NCBI RefSeq assembly: GCF_006345805.1
Contig: NC_043014.1
Span: 6,882,001-6,946,000, forward strand
Length of the DNA stretch: 64,000 nucleotides
Source of the DNA: Octopus sinensis
Taxonomy: Eukaryota
Direction: 5' to 3'
The notes beneath the pieces are model-generated. The model made no database searches, was not told the DNA's origin, and saw only the letters and a list, made by a program, of their open reading frames with translations. Position numbers and translations under genes: made by a program. Numbering within the stretch: the stretch's first letter is position 1; every line of letters begins with the position of its first letter. Shown one piece after another: positions 22,991 to 37,632 of this stretch.

Positions 22991-25709
22991 TATATATATA
23001 TATAAAAAAAAGTCAAACTGTTGTTGTTATTATGTATTGTTTACATGACAGGGAAAAGCAGGAAAGAAAAAGAAGAAAAAAAAAGAAGTCACAAGGTGAG
23101 CATGCCCAATCTCCATTACCTCAGCACAATCTACGTGACACTCCTCAATAAAAAATACATCAGGCAGAAATTTCATTCATGCGAAACAAGTATTGAACAG
23201 AATAAAAAGAGCTCCAATACATGTGTGTGGACATGCATACATGTAGATGTATACATACACAAATACATGTGTGTGGAATATACATAAATATATATGGCCT
23301 GCTCGCTTAGCCAGTGGGGCGGCGTCATTTGAAGGCTAAAACAATGCGAAGCGCATTGTGACCAGTGATGAGTAGTAACATCTGACAGCCTGGTCGATCA
23401 CGTCACGGTCACATAAATATATATACACAAATATGTAAATATATACACACATGCGTACACACAAATATGCGTTAATTTATTCCCAGAGACAGCTCATAAA
23501 GAATAGATTCAGAAAGCAGATCAATAATTTCCCATAGTTGCAAGGTAATAAATCGTAACTCGTTCCCAGAAAAATATCTTACCTATAAAATTTATAAAAC
23601 ACGCAATTAAATGGCAATAAAGCAACATCAGAATGTAAAGAATATTTTATGTGAAGTAAAGAGAATGTCAAGATCATTTATAATAAAAAAATATTATAAT
23701 CTCTTTTGTGAATCACTTTCGCTCACGCTAGAATCACGCACACCATCACTCGAAAGAGCTGTTCTTCACTCCTGCTCCAGAGCGCCGGCTGCGGGGTCAC
23801 TCCGAAAAGCTCTATCTGTGACGATTTCATCTCAATCGAAGGAGAGGGGCTTTCTCCGTCTGGGTTGCAGATCCGTGGAATAAGCTGCCGGATGAGATGG
23901 TGAAGATGCCGACGACCGCTCGGTTCAAAGTCTCCCTTGACCACAAATGGCCTGAACTCTTTACATGTACACCCTCCCTGTACATAACTCCATGTCCCCC
24001 TACATGGCCTTGCTTTTTGCTTTTTGAGCCAAAAATTTAACTTAACTTGTAGACATGGTCACCGATTCCCAAGCACAGACTTGCAGATTTTTCTTTTTTT
24101 AAAAAAAAAAAAGACAAGTCTAGAGTTGTTTGTTTAGAAGAAGCTTTCTTTAGCATTCTATAAATTTCTGAGTAACATGCAGAACCTTCGGCTATGGAAG
24201 TTGGAACTTTTGCACTTTGTCCAAAATTTTAATCTTGTGCTTGAAAAAGAAAACTCATAAACCCGAGCTTTCGTAAAGTAGAGTATTACTGTATACACAT
24301 AAGTACATCATCGTTTAACGCCCGTTTTCCGCGCTAGCACGGGTTGGACGGTTCGACCGGGGTCTGGGAAGCCAGGGGCTGCACCAGGCTCCAGTCTGAT
24401 CTGGCAGAGTTTCTACAGCTGGATGCCCTTCCTAACGCCAACCACTCCGCGAGTGTAGTGGGTGCTTTTTACGTGCCACCTGCACAGGTGCCAGTGGGGT
24501 CTGGCATCGGCCACGATCAGTTGGAACTTTTAACGTGCCACCAGTACGGAAGCCAGCCAAGGCGGCGCTGACAACGGCCATGTTCGGATGGTGCTTTTTT
24601 ATGTGCCACCGGCACTGGAGCCAGTCAAGGTAGTGCTGGCATCGGCCACGTTCGAGCACTGGCATACACATAAGTACATAAATATATACACATCTAACAT
24701 AAATGTAGTAACTAATTTCTGTGTGTCAGTGTGTCACACACTGATCCCCTCTCTCACTATTCATTAACACTCCTACTATTGCTCATGTTGGGGGTGAGAG
24801 TAATAGTAGGCATAGAGACAGTGATAGATTGATGGTTGTGATGGTAACGGGGTGATAGTAATAGTATGAGCTGTAATTGTGATAGAGGTGGAGGCGACGG
24901 CAAAGATGGTGGTAGTGGTGGTAGCTGAAGCAGTCAGGGACAAGGGTGATGGTAAGCGATGTGAAAGACAGTGGTGATGGTGGTGGAGGGGAAGGCAGAA
25001 GTCAAAGGCATTGATGGTGGTGGCGTCAGAAGTCTGAATGGTGTATGCGTATGGCAACTGTGGTGGCAATGGTGGTGGTACTGGTGATGGTTGCAAACAA
25101 TCAACAGAAAGAGAGAGAAAGAAAAAGAGGTTAGAGAGAAAAAAAAAAAAAAGACAATTGTACGGACAAGAAATGTTTATCACGGTAGCTTTACAATAAG
25201 TTCCAAGTTGATGAAAATTGTCCGATGCTTGGAAAATATTGGTCAAGTTTAATAATGATGCATCTTTGTTGGGTCCGACACCCAGTGAAGAGCCCTCCGC
25301 AGGACCCAGCTTAAATACATAAATATGTACACAAATATATAAATACGTGTAACACACGCATACATATATTCTCTTTTACTTGTTTCAGTCATTTGACTGC
25401 GGCCATGCTGGAGCACCACCTTTAGTACTTATTCTATCGGTCTCTTTTTGCCGAACCGCTAAGTGACGGGGACGTAAACACACCAGCATCGGTTGTCAAG
25501 CAATGCTAGGGGGACACACACAGACACACATATATATACATATATACGACAGGCTTCTTTCAGTTTCCGTCTACCAAATCCACTCACAAGGCTTTGGTCA
25601 GCCCGAGGCTATAGTAGAAGACACTTGCCCAAGGTGCCACGCAGTGGGACTGAACCCGGAACCATGTGGTTGGTAAACAAGCTACTTACCACACAGCCAC
25701 TCCTGCGCC

Positions 25710-25746
<37 letters not shown>

Positions 25747-26448
25747 GTGTGTATGTGTGTTTGTTCCCCCAACATCGCTTGACAACCAATGCTGGTGTGT
25801 TTACGTCCCCGTAACTTAGCAGCTCGGCAAAAGAGACCGATAGAATAAGTGCAAGGCTTACAAAGAATAAGTCCTGGGGGTCGATTTGCTTGACCAAAGG
25901 CGGTGCTCCAGCATGGCCGCAGTCAAATGACTGAAACAAGTAAAAGAGTAAAAGAGTAATATTGTTTGGTTGTGCAAGGTTCAACTTGGTTTTTCTCTCT
26001 TTCCTCCGTCCAAACAGGTTTTGACAAGCAGCGGATACGGAAAGACGATAACTCATAAACTGATGAAAGTAACTCCCGTTAACCTTCTTGACACAACTGA
26101 GAGCCAAAAAGGCGACAACCTTGTCAAAAAACGCTGTTTTCACTGCATTTTCAGTCGAAAAAAAAAAAAAAAAGTAATATATTTTTATAACTGTTTACAA
26201 AGCACCAAATTAGTAGTTTCTGATTTGGTCAAGCTTTACCAATTTACTCTTTTACTTGTTTCAGTCATTTGACTGCGGCCATGCTGGAGCACCGCCTATA
26301 GTCGAACAAATCGATCCTGGGACTTATTCTTTGTAAGCCCAGTACTTATTCTATCGGTCTCTTTTGCCAGACCGCTAAGTGACGGGGACATAAACACACC
26401 AGCATCGGTTGTCAAGCAATGCTAGGGGGACAAACACAGACACACACA

Positions 26449-26492
<44 letters not shown>

Positions 26493-29400
26493 TATACTCC
26501 TGTCAAACCGTCCAACGCATACCAGCATGCAAAGGATGTTGATGATGATATAAACGCATAGAGCCAGCCATCGCAAGAGATTAATCAATGGCTGCTAGTC
26601 ACCTGATGCTTGACTGTCCAACACAGTGTCACACACCAACTCTTTCAATACCACCCGATTAAGTGGACAGATAGACAGACAGACAGACTATTAAATAACA
26701 GGGAAGTCTAGAAAACTTGTAGCACAAGCTCAGAATTCTCTCATCCATTAGCAACAGCTCGGCTTGTTTGTTTTTCTTTCTCCTCCCAAGGGATGGGGAG
26801 GCTGCCTCCTCGGACAATGAATATTATGATAGAAATTATAAATCAAATATCAGAAACCAGAAGCAAAATCGAAATCGATCAACATCAATGGAAATTGCAG
26901 CCGTGATACCAGTGCCGGTGGCACGTAAGCGAACCATCCGAATCGTGGCCGTTACCAGCGCCGCCCCGACAGGCCTCTGTGCCGGTGGCACGTAAAAAGC
27001 ACCATCCGATTGTGGCCGTTGCCAACCACGCCTGGCCCCCGTGCCGGTGGCACGTAAAAAGCACCATCCGTCCGTGGCTGTCTGCCAGCCTCGCCTGGCC
27101 CCCGTGCCAGACACAGGTGCCAGACGAGGCTGGCAGACAGCCACGCTCGGATAGTGTTTTTATGTGCCACCGACACAGGTGCCAGACGAGGCTGGCAGAC
27201 GGCCACGCTCGGATGGTGTTTTCTTATGTGCCACCGACACAGGTGCCAGACGAGGCTGGCGAACGGCAAACGAAATACCTATTTCCTTACTACCCAAAAG
27301 GGGCTAAACAAAGAGTGGACAAACAAGGACAGACAAACGGATTAAGTCGATTACATCGACCCCAGTGCATAACTGGTACTTAACTTATCGACCCCGAAAG
27401 GATGAAAGGCAAAGTCGACCTCGGCAGAATTTGAACTCTGAATGTAATGGCAAACGAAATACCTATTTCTTTACTACCCACAAGGGGCTAAACACAGAGG
27501 AGACAAACAAGGACAGACAAATGGATTAAGTCGATTATATCAATCCCCAGTGCATAACTGGTACTTAAGTTATTGACCCCGAAAGGATGAAAGGCAAAGT
27601 CAACCTCGGCAGAATTTGAACTCTGACCGTAACGGCAGACGAAATACCGCTAAGCATTTCGCCCGACGTGCTAACGATTCTGCCAGCTCTCCACCTTTCA
27701 GTTACCATCAACCAAACCCACTTACAAGGCTTTGGGCGATCCGGTGGGGTTACAACAGAAGGCATTCAGTAGCCAAGGTGCCATGCAATGAGTGGGACTG
27801 AACCTGGACGCATGTGGTTAGGAAAGAAGCTTACCAACCAGAGGGTCACCTGCATGATCAGGTGACAAAAAGCGAGATGGACAACAATAATAATCAATAG
27901 CTCAACAGATTAGTCCAAAGAATGAGAATATGGAGGGGTGTAGCATCAGAGAAAATGAAAGTGAAACTAAGTAAATATACGAAAACAATATTATCACAAT
28001 TCATATTGACAACATAATTATTTTTCTGTGTAGGTCGAAAACTTATTTCATATCCTGTCAGCCATATTTAATGGTGTATGTGTGTGTGTGTGTGAGTAAA
28101 TATGCAATCAATCGTTTCCTTGTATACAAAAGCCTCGAAACTGTTTGCAAAGAGACAATAGCGAAACTGATTTATTGGTGAAATGTCATTCTTTCACACA
28201 CTGTGGGGTTCAATAAGTACCATTATGTCATCAACTTCACCCCCTTCCCCTAAAGCAGTTGGCCTTGGACCAGAATTTGAAAACACTATTACTACTACTA
28301 CTACTGGTGAAGATGCCGACGACCGCTTTGTTCAAAGCCTCCCTGGACCTCAAGTGGCCTGAACTCTTTACATGAACACCACCCTGTACTTAACTCCATG
28401 TCCCCCTACATGGCCTTGCTATTTGCTTTTGAGCCAAATTAACTAACTAACTATTATTATTATTAAGGCGGCGAGCTGGCAGAAACGTTAGCACGCCGGG
28501 CGAAATGCGTAGCCGTATTTCATCCGCCACAGCGTTCCGAGTTCAAATTCCGCCGAGGTCGACTATGCCTTTCGTCCTTTTGGGGGTCGATAAATTAAGT
28601 ACCAGTTACGCACTGGGGGATCGATGTAATCGACTTGATCCCTTTGTTGGTAGTAAAGAAATATAATTATTATTATTATTAATTATTAAGGCGGCGAGCT
28701 GGCAGAATCGTTAGGTTGCCGGGCAAAATGTGTAGCGGAACCTCATCTCGTTACGTTTGAGTTCAAATTCTGCTGGGAGTCAACTTCCCTTTTCATCCTT
28801 GAGGGGGGGGGGGGGGGGTAAAATACCAGTTGAGTACTGGGAGAGAGGGGGTCATAGTAATCGACCTCCCCACTCCTTAAATTTCAGGCTTTGTACCTAT
28901 AGTAGAAAGGATTATTATTATTATTATTGGAGTCGAAATTGTACCTGGAACGTAAAAAGCGCTATCCGAATCGTGGCCGATGCCAGCGCCGCTTTGACTG
29001 GCTTCCGTGCCGGTGGCACATAAAAAGCAACATCCGAATCGTGGCCGATGCCAGTGCCGCTTTGACTGGCTTCCGTGCCGGTGGCACATAAAAAGCACTG
29101 TCCGAATCGTGGCCGATGCCAGCGCCGCTCTGACTGGCTTCCGTGCCAGTAGCACGTAAAAAGCACCATCCGAACCGTGGCCAGTGCCGCCTCGACTGGC
29201 TTCCGTGCTGGTGGCACGTAAAATGCACCTATCCGATCGTGGCTATTGCCAGCATCGCCTGGCACCTGTGCAGGTGGCACGTAAAAAGCACCCACTACAT
29301 TCATGGAATGGTTGGCGTTAGGAAGGGCATCCAGCTGTAGAAACACTGCCAGATCAGACTGGAGCCTGGTGCAACCTTCTGGCTTCCCAGATCCCCGGTC

Positions 29401-32400
29401 GAACCGTCCAATCCATGCTAGCATGGAGAACAGACGTTAAACGATGATGATGATGATGATGCTGATTATTATCATCATCATCAAAGCAGTGAGCAGGCAG
29501 AATTGTTAGCACGATGGATGAAATGCCAAGTTGCATTATGCCCATCACTACATCCCGAGTTCAAATTCCATCGAGGTTGACTTTACCTTTCATCCCTTCG
29601 GGGTCAATAAATTAAGTTCCAGTGAAACACTGGGGTCAATGTAATCAACTAGACCCCCTCCCAACAAATTTCAGACCATGTGCCTATAGTAGGCAGGACG
29701 ATTATTATAATTATTATTGACCCCCGAAGTGCTAGAGGGAGAAAGTGAGCCACAGCCATCTCAGCAGTTTAATTCTTTAGCATTTAAACCAGCCCAAATA
29801 TTGTTTTATATTCAAACCAACTATATATAGGCACAGGAGTGGCTGTGTGGTAAGTAGCTTGCTAACCAACCACATGGTTCCGGGTTCAGTCCCACTGCGT
29901 GGAATCTTGGGCAAGTCTCTTCTGCTATAGCCTCGGGCCGACCAAAGCCTTGTGAGTGGATTTGGTAGATGGAAACTGAAAGAAGCCCGTCGTATCATCA
30001 TCATTTAGCGTCCGTTTTCCATGCTAGCATGGGTTGGACGGTTCAACTGGGGTCTGGGGAGCCCGAAGGCTGCACCAGGCCAGTCAGATCTGGCAGTGTT
30101 TCTACAGCTGGATGCCCTTCCTAACGCCAACCACTCCGAGAGTGTAGTGGGTGATTTTATGTGCCACCGACACAGGTGCCAGACGAGGCTGGCGAACGGC
30201 CACGCTCGGATGGTGTTTTTATGTGCCACCGACACAGGTGCCAGACGAGGCTGGCAGACGGCCACGCTCGGATGTGTTTTTATGTGCCACCGACACAGGT
30301 GCCAGATGAGGCTGGCGGACGGCCACGATCGGATGGTGTTTGTACGTCCCCAAAGCACGGAGGCCAGTCTATGCGGTACTGGCTACGGCCACGTTCGGAT
30401 GATTTTCTTGTGTGCCACCGGCACTGGTACCACAAAGATACAAATTCCATTTATGTTCATCTATTTTGATTTGTTTTGATTTGATTTGATTTTCACTTGC
30501 CTCAACAGGTCTTCACAAGTGTCACTTGCCTCAACAGGTCTTCACAAGTGTCACAAGAAGGAAGGTATGCACAGGTGGACTGTCTACGTCGCCGGGTTTC
30601 GGATGGTGTCTTTATGTGCCACCGACACAGGTGCCAGATGTGGCTGGCGAACGGCCACGATCGGATGGTTTTCTTGTGTGCCACCGGTACTGGAACCACA
30701 AAGATACAAATTCCATTGATGTTCATCTATTTTGATTTGTTTTGATTTTGATTTGATTTTCACTTGCCTCAACAGGTCTTCACAAGTGTCACGCGTGTCA
30801 CACCACTTGCCTCAACAGGTCTCCACAAGTGTCACACACTTGCCTCTGCCTCAACAGGTCTTCACAAGTGTCACACACTTGCCTCTGCCTCAACAGGTCT
30901 TCACAAGTGTCATAAGAGGGAAGGTATGCACAGGTGGACTGACTACGTCGCCGGGTCTTTGGATGGTGTTTTTATGTGCCACCGACACAGGTGCCAGGTG
31001 AGGCTGGCGAACGGCCACGATCAGATGGTGTTTGTTGTGCCCACAGCACGGAGGCCAGTCGATGCGGTACCAGCTACGGCCACTTCGGATGGTTTTCTTG
31101 TGTGCCACCGGTACTGGAACCACAAAGATACAAATTCCATTGATATTCATCTATTTTGATTTGGTTATGTATTTATATATATATGCGTGTGTATGTCTGT
31201 GTGTCTGTGTTTGTCCCCCTAGCATTGCTTGACAACTGATGCTGGTGTGTTTACATCCCCCGTAGCTTAGCGAAAGAGATCGATAGAATAGGTACTGGGC
31301 TTACAAAGAATAAGTCCCAGGGTCGATTTGCTCGACCAAAGGCGGTGCTCCAGCATGGCCGCAGTCAAAATGACTGAAACAAGTAAAAAAAAAATCTATC
31401 CAACCTTCTGCACCTTGAAGCCGTGAGATACTCTTTTACTCTTACTCTTTTACTTGTTTCAGTCATTTGACTGCGGCCATGCTGGAGCACTGCCTTTAAT
31501 CGAGCAACTCGACCCCGGGACTTATTCTTTTGTAAGCCCAGTACTTATTCTATCGGTCTCTTTTGCCGAACCGCTAAGTAACAGGGACACAAGCACACCA
31601 GCATCGGTTGTCAAGCAATGCTAGGGGGACAAACACAGACACACAAACATATACGACGGGCTTCTTTCAGTTTCCGTCTACCAAATCCACTCACAAGGCT
31701 TTGGTCGGCCCGAGGCTATAGTAGAAGACACTTGCCCAAGGTGCCACGCAGTGGAACTGAACCCGGAACCATGTGGTTGGTAAACAAGCTACTTACCACA
31801 CAGCCACTCCTGCAAGATTAATTCAAAACAGTGCGATTAAAAAAGCATTACATGTTGGCAGGGCGTAGTCTGAATACTGAAGGGTTAACAAGCAGTTTCA
31901 AACAAAAGATCACATCAATGTTGAATATATCGCCATAGCCAGTTTCAAGAGTTATGGAGCGCTCAATGAAAGCTGAAAACCTTGTCCATTAGCAAACCTA
32001 ACAAATGGCAACTTGCTATCAATGAAAAAGCTAGGTCACAAGCAATCAATGCTATAATGCTGAGAAAAGATCAATATTTCCCACCAAGATATCAAATCTA
32101 ATCAATCAGGGAAGATTGAATCCTTAATTGTCAAATGGGGAAAACGGAGTTTTATTAGGAGTAGGGAGGCTGTGATAAATCCTTTAGCATTTACATTACT
32201 TAATTTATCGACCCTGAAAGGATGAAAGGCAAAGTCGACCTCGGCGGAATTTGAACTCAGAACGCAGCGGCAGACAAAATACGGCTACGCATTTTGCCCA
32301 GTGTGCTTACCACTCTGCCAGCTCACTGCCTTAATAGTAATAGTGGTTTAGAATGGTATTATAGGGTAGGTGAGAGAGGCAAGATATGGCCAGATTGAAC

Positions 32401-35400
32401 ACAAATTGGGAAGACTATTTTGGCCGGTCTAAATGCTAGAGTTAAAGTAGACCTGCACTAACGACCACAAAATCATACAATTATAAATTTATTTCTTAAT
32501 TACAGCCACTGTGTTGCCCTCGCCAACCCCAGCATACAATCCTGTTCATACTCTACAAACCCCGCCACCCGCCCATCTTTTCTTGTAGTTGTTGTGTCAG
32601 GAGGAGAGGACAAGTGCCCATCCCTGCTTCTACAAGCTCTCAAAGACCCGTTAGATTCATGCAGAAACTTTGCCAGATCAGATTGGAGCCTGGTGCAGCC
32701 TCCTGGCTTCCCAGACCCCAGTCAAACCGTCCAACCCATGCTGGCATGGAAAGCGGACTTTAACTCTTCAGCATTTAAAGTGGCCAGATCTGGCCGATGA
32801 TTTGACCAGTTATGGCCTCTCACACCTACCCTACAATATCATTCTAAAATTAAATAACCTCGTTAACAAAATCTCAAAGCTACGAGATTAATTCTAAACA
32901 ATGTCGATAAATAAGCATAACATTTGACAAACGGATTAATCTGAACGCTCAAGGATAAATCAGCTCTATATCTGGTCCAAATATTTCATGAGCAGACCAG
33001 CCAGATGTGGCCTTTCACACCGACCCTACAATGTCATTCTAAAAATAAAGAAACACCAACATTTCAATGCTATGAGATAATGCTTGGTTAATTCAAAACT
33101 ATGCCATGCCGGTGGCACGTAAAAAGCGCCATCCGAGCGTGATCACTGCCAGCGTCGCCTTACAGGAATATGTGCCAGTGGTACATAAAAAACGTTTGAG
33201 CGTGGTATATTGCCAGTGCCGCCAGAGTGGCTCCCATCCAGGTGGCACATAAACAACACCATTTGAGCATGGTTGTTGACTGGCCCTCATGCCAGTGACA
33301 CGTAAAAGCACCCACTACACTCTTGGAGTGGTTGGCGTTAGGAAGGGCATCCAACTGTACAAACTCTGCCAGATCAGATTGGAGCCAGGTGCAGCCATCT
33401 TGTTGGCCAGACCTCAGTCAAATCGTCCAACCCATGCTAGCATGGAAAGTGGACGTTAAATGATGATGATGATGATAGTTGTACAAATAAGCCTCAGAGT
33501 TGGTTCTGTAATGGCCTTAGACAAAGAGGTTGGTGACCACAGCAACAGACTGACCCATGATAGAGAAAACAAAGAAAAACTGCTGTAAAAAAAAAAAAGA
33601 TAAGCATTATCCACACACACAGCTTGTCTACCAAATGCACTTGTATTGATAAAGAAATGCGTGTGGACAGTTAAAATAAGCTCAATGTGAACAAAATCCT
33701 AAGCAAATACACAATCACGGGTAAGACTGACAAAACACGGAGTGACAAAGTGTGAGTGCATGAAGTACTTCCTGGTTAGCCAAGGACAAAACGGCCCATG
33801 TTTCACATCTGTGTTTGCTTAACCCTTTCGTTACTGTATTTATTTTGAGATGCTCTGCGTTTCTTTCATTTACTTTAAATATAACAAAGAATTTAGTAAA
33901 ATAACTTAGTTACCATTAAGCTAGTTTTAGGAACATAAATTGTGACTAAGGTTTGGTGGAAGATTCTAATTCAGAACTTATGAAAACAAGACATTTGTAC
34001 TCAGAGCCAGAGCAGGTTACAGCTGGGTTGGGTTGTCTGTCTGTGCTGTCGTCCTGGTAGCAATTCCAAAAACATCATTATTTTTTATTGAACTAATCCC
34101 TGGAGCATATCGAGACAAACTAGAGAAGTTTCTCTTGGCAACAGGATTACCTTTACAGGGAGAAAAAAGAATCAATCATAAGATCAATCGTACTTTTACA
34201 TGCCTGATCATCATCATCATCACCATCATCGTTTAGCACCCGTTTTCCGCGCTAGCACGGGTTGGACGGTTCGACCGGGGTCTGGGAAGCCACGGCTGCA
34301 CCAGGCTCCAGTCTTACCTAGCAATGTTTCTACAGCTGGATGCCCTTCCTAACGCCAACCACTCCGCGAGTGTAGTGGGTGCTTTTTACGTGCCACATGC
34401 ACAGGTGCCAGGGGGGTCTGGCATTGGCGACGATCGGTTGGTGCTTTTAACGTGCCACCGGCATGGAAGCCAGCCAAGGCGGTGCTGGCATCGGCCACAT
34501 TCGGATGGTGCTTTTTATGTGCCACCGGCACAGAAGCCAGTCGAGGCGACGCTGGCATCGGCCACATTCGGATGGTGCTTTTTATGTGCCACCGGCACAG
34601 AAGCCAGTCGAGGCGGCACTGGCAATGGCCATGTTCAGATGGTGCTTTTTATGTGCCACCGACACAGGTATCACAACTACTATTTCCATAGATATTTGTT
34701 TCGATGTTCGTGTACATGCCCTTGACTCAACAGGTCTCCTGAAGCACAGCGAGACGTTCCGGGATCCAAGGTACTTTGAATGGGCAGGGTCTATGCGGAA
34801 CTGGAGCCGGAAGCATCCCGGGTCTTTGTAATGTCGGATGGAATTCGTTTTCTACAGTAGAATGCCTTCCCTGTTGCCAACCCATCCCTATTTCGAAATA
34901 AGATTAATATCTTTCCCCATGACTGAAGCAGCGAACTGGCAGAACCATTAGCGCACTGGGTAAAAATGATTAGAGGCACTTCATTTGTCTTCGTGTTCTG
35001 AGTTCAAATTCCACCGAGGTTGACTTTGCCTTTCATCCTTTCAGGGTTGATTGAATAAGTAGCAGTCGAGCACTGGGGTCGGGGTAGTTGACCTCAATCC
35101 CTCTCCCGAAAATTCTGACCCTATGCCATAATTTGAAATTCAGTATTTTCGCCTGCCACTACATTCTGAGTTCAAATTCCACCAATGTCAACTTTGCCTT
35201 TCATCATCATCATCATCGTTTAATGTCTGTTCTCCATGCTAGCATGGGTTGGACGGTTCAACCGGGGATCTGGGAAAGCCAGAAGGCTGCACCAAGCTCC
35301 AGTCTGATCAGGCAGTGTTTCCACAGCTGTATGCCCTTCCTAATGCCAACCACTCCGTGAGTGTAGCGGGTGCTTTTTACGTGCCACCGGCACAGGTGCC

Positions 35401-35600
35401 TAAGTACCAGTTATGCACCGGAGTTGACGTAATCAATTTAATCCCTTTGTCTATCCTTGTTTGTCCCCTGTGGGTAATAAAGAAAAATATGTTCCCCACG
35501 ACTGGAACATGCTTTCACAGAAGACTAAACATGAATACTGCATGCATGTTGGTAATACACATCAAGTCAAAGGCAGGCAGTGACATACAGCACACACCCC

Positions 35601-35632
<32 letters not shown>

Positions 35633-37222
35633 TACATACACAGCAAGCTTCTTTCAGTTTCCATCTACCAAATCCACTCACAAGGGCTGTTGTAGAGTGT
35701 AAGTGATTTCAGAGAAAAATTGGGTCTATGAGGCTGGAGCACCGCCTTTATATTCAAGCAAATCGACCCTAGAACTTATTCTTTGTAAGCCTAGTACTTA
35801 TCGGTCTCTTTTGCCGAATCGCTAAGTTACGGGGATGTAAACACACCAGCATTGATTGTCAAGTGATGCTGGGGGGGGGGGGGACACACAGACACAAATA
35901 TATACAACGGGCTTCTTTCAGTTTCCTTCTACCAAATCCACTCACAAGGCTTTGGTTGGCCAAGGGCTGTTGTAGGAGACACTTGCCCAAGGAACCTTGC
36001 AGGATTGAACCCGGAACCCTGTGGCCTGGAAGCAAAGTTCTTAATTCGCAACACCACTTGCGTCGGTCCGCCTTCATAATTTATTATATCAAATGTTTAA
36101 GTCAGCTCGAATTAGAGCAGACTAATGATAAAAGGCATTCCAGCTGTGACCATCACATCTTTATCTACTGGGGAGGATAGGTGAAGACTTGAAAGAAACG
36201 AAGCCAGCACATCAGTGTTTATATACGACAGAGTGTAAGTGATCGGAGAGAAAAACTGGGTCTATGAGGCATCTGGTTTAGCATGCAAGATAGAAGACTG
36301 CACAGGTATGGCCATGTAATGCATAGGAATGAAGACAGTGGAATCAAGACGGAACATGTAGGAGGGGCAGACCCAGGAAGATATGGGACGAAAGGACCTG
36401 CAGACATTGGGACTCACAGACGGGATGACTTGCTTCCATTTATGCTTTGTACATCACCAAATTGCTACTTGCTGATGCCATCATCATCATCATCATTTAG
36501 CATCCGCTTTCCATGCTAGCATGGGTTGGACGGTTCAACTGGGGTCTGGGAAGCCAGGTGGCTGCACCAGGCTCCAGTCTGATCTGGCAGTGTTTCTACG
36601 GCTGGATGCCCTTCCTAACGCCAACCACTCCATGAGTGTAGTGGGTGCTTTTTACGTGCCAGAAGATATACACTTCTCTTCAAATACTGACAAAAAAAGC
36701 AAAAAAAAAACACACACAGGATGTCTCAAAAATTTTACGGTACTTTTACTTGAATAAAGGCAGAAAAAGCTTTACCTCGCAATTATCTCAAAGCTACGAG
36801 AATTCAATAACACGATTTAAAATTTTTTTTTTACTGATTTCGTAGAGAAATCAAATATGGCCAGTTCAAACAAAGGGGAATTGCTTTCAGCCGGTTTCGG
36901 CTGGTTTAACCCTTTAGTGTTTAAGCCGGCCAAATCCGGCCCAATATATTCTACATGTTTTATATTCAAACTGGCAATATCTAGCCTCTCACTCCTAACC
37001 TACAATGCCATTCTGAAAATAAACAATCACATCATTGAAACCTCAAACCTATAAGATAATGCATGATTAATTCAAAACAATTTGAGTGAAAAAGTATTAC
37101 ATTTAATGTAATATTCTGAACACTAAAGAGTTAAGCAAATACGTCGCATGATACTACACGTTTTAACTCCTCAGTTGGACCCGTTAATAACAATCCCTCA
37201 ATTGGAGCTGTTAATTACCTTA

Positions 37223-37632
37223 TCTTTATATATAAAAGTGAAGTTGTGTGAGAGTCTGTCTCCTCCGATTTAGATTCCTAACTACTCCCACATTTTGCGG
37301 TGCAGTTTAACCAAAAGTGGGTATCTTATAGTCGTGATTCATATCCAGCCCTTCTGGGTATTAGCACGTGTCTACGATGAGTCAACGATTTAAAAAAAAA
37401 TTTACCATAATTTTTTTTCCATTTTTTTGCTATAACTCTCTAAAAATGCTTTATAGTTATTTCCCTTACAAACCTGAGCAACGCCGGGCGATACTGCTAG
37501 TCTTTATATATATAAAAGTCAAGTTGTATGTCTGTCTCCTACGATTTAGATTCCTAACTACTCCCACATTTTGCGGTGCAGTTTAACCAAAACCGGGTAT
37601 CTTATAGTCGTGATTCATATCGAGCCCTTCTG
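37223..37632 (+). mobile_element. Two Helitron A copies joined head-to-tail
   Basis: A|TC at 37223, CTAG at 37497-37500 followed directly by the TC start of a second, 3'-truncated copy. Confidence 0.85.

Noticed and set aside
24776-25357. 193-aa minus-strand ORF rich in Thr, Pro and His
   Set aside because: Low-complexity (GGT/GAT)n-derived sequence with no domain or splice support.
26768-31232. Many overlapping ORFs containing CHRH, VPPA or MPVARKKH motifs
   Set aside because: All are translations of the non-coding RTE 3' UTR modules.
34030-34154. Minus-strand exon-like segment (GNPVAKRNFSSLSRYAPG...)
   Set aside because: No homology recognised, the donor would fall inside a MITE end, and it cannot be an N-terminal Aurora exon because it lies within the kinase-domain intron.
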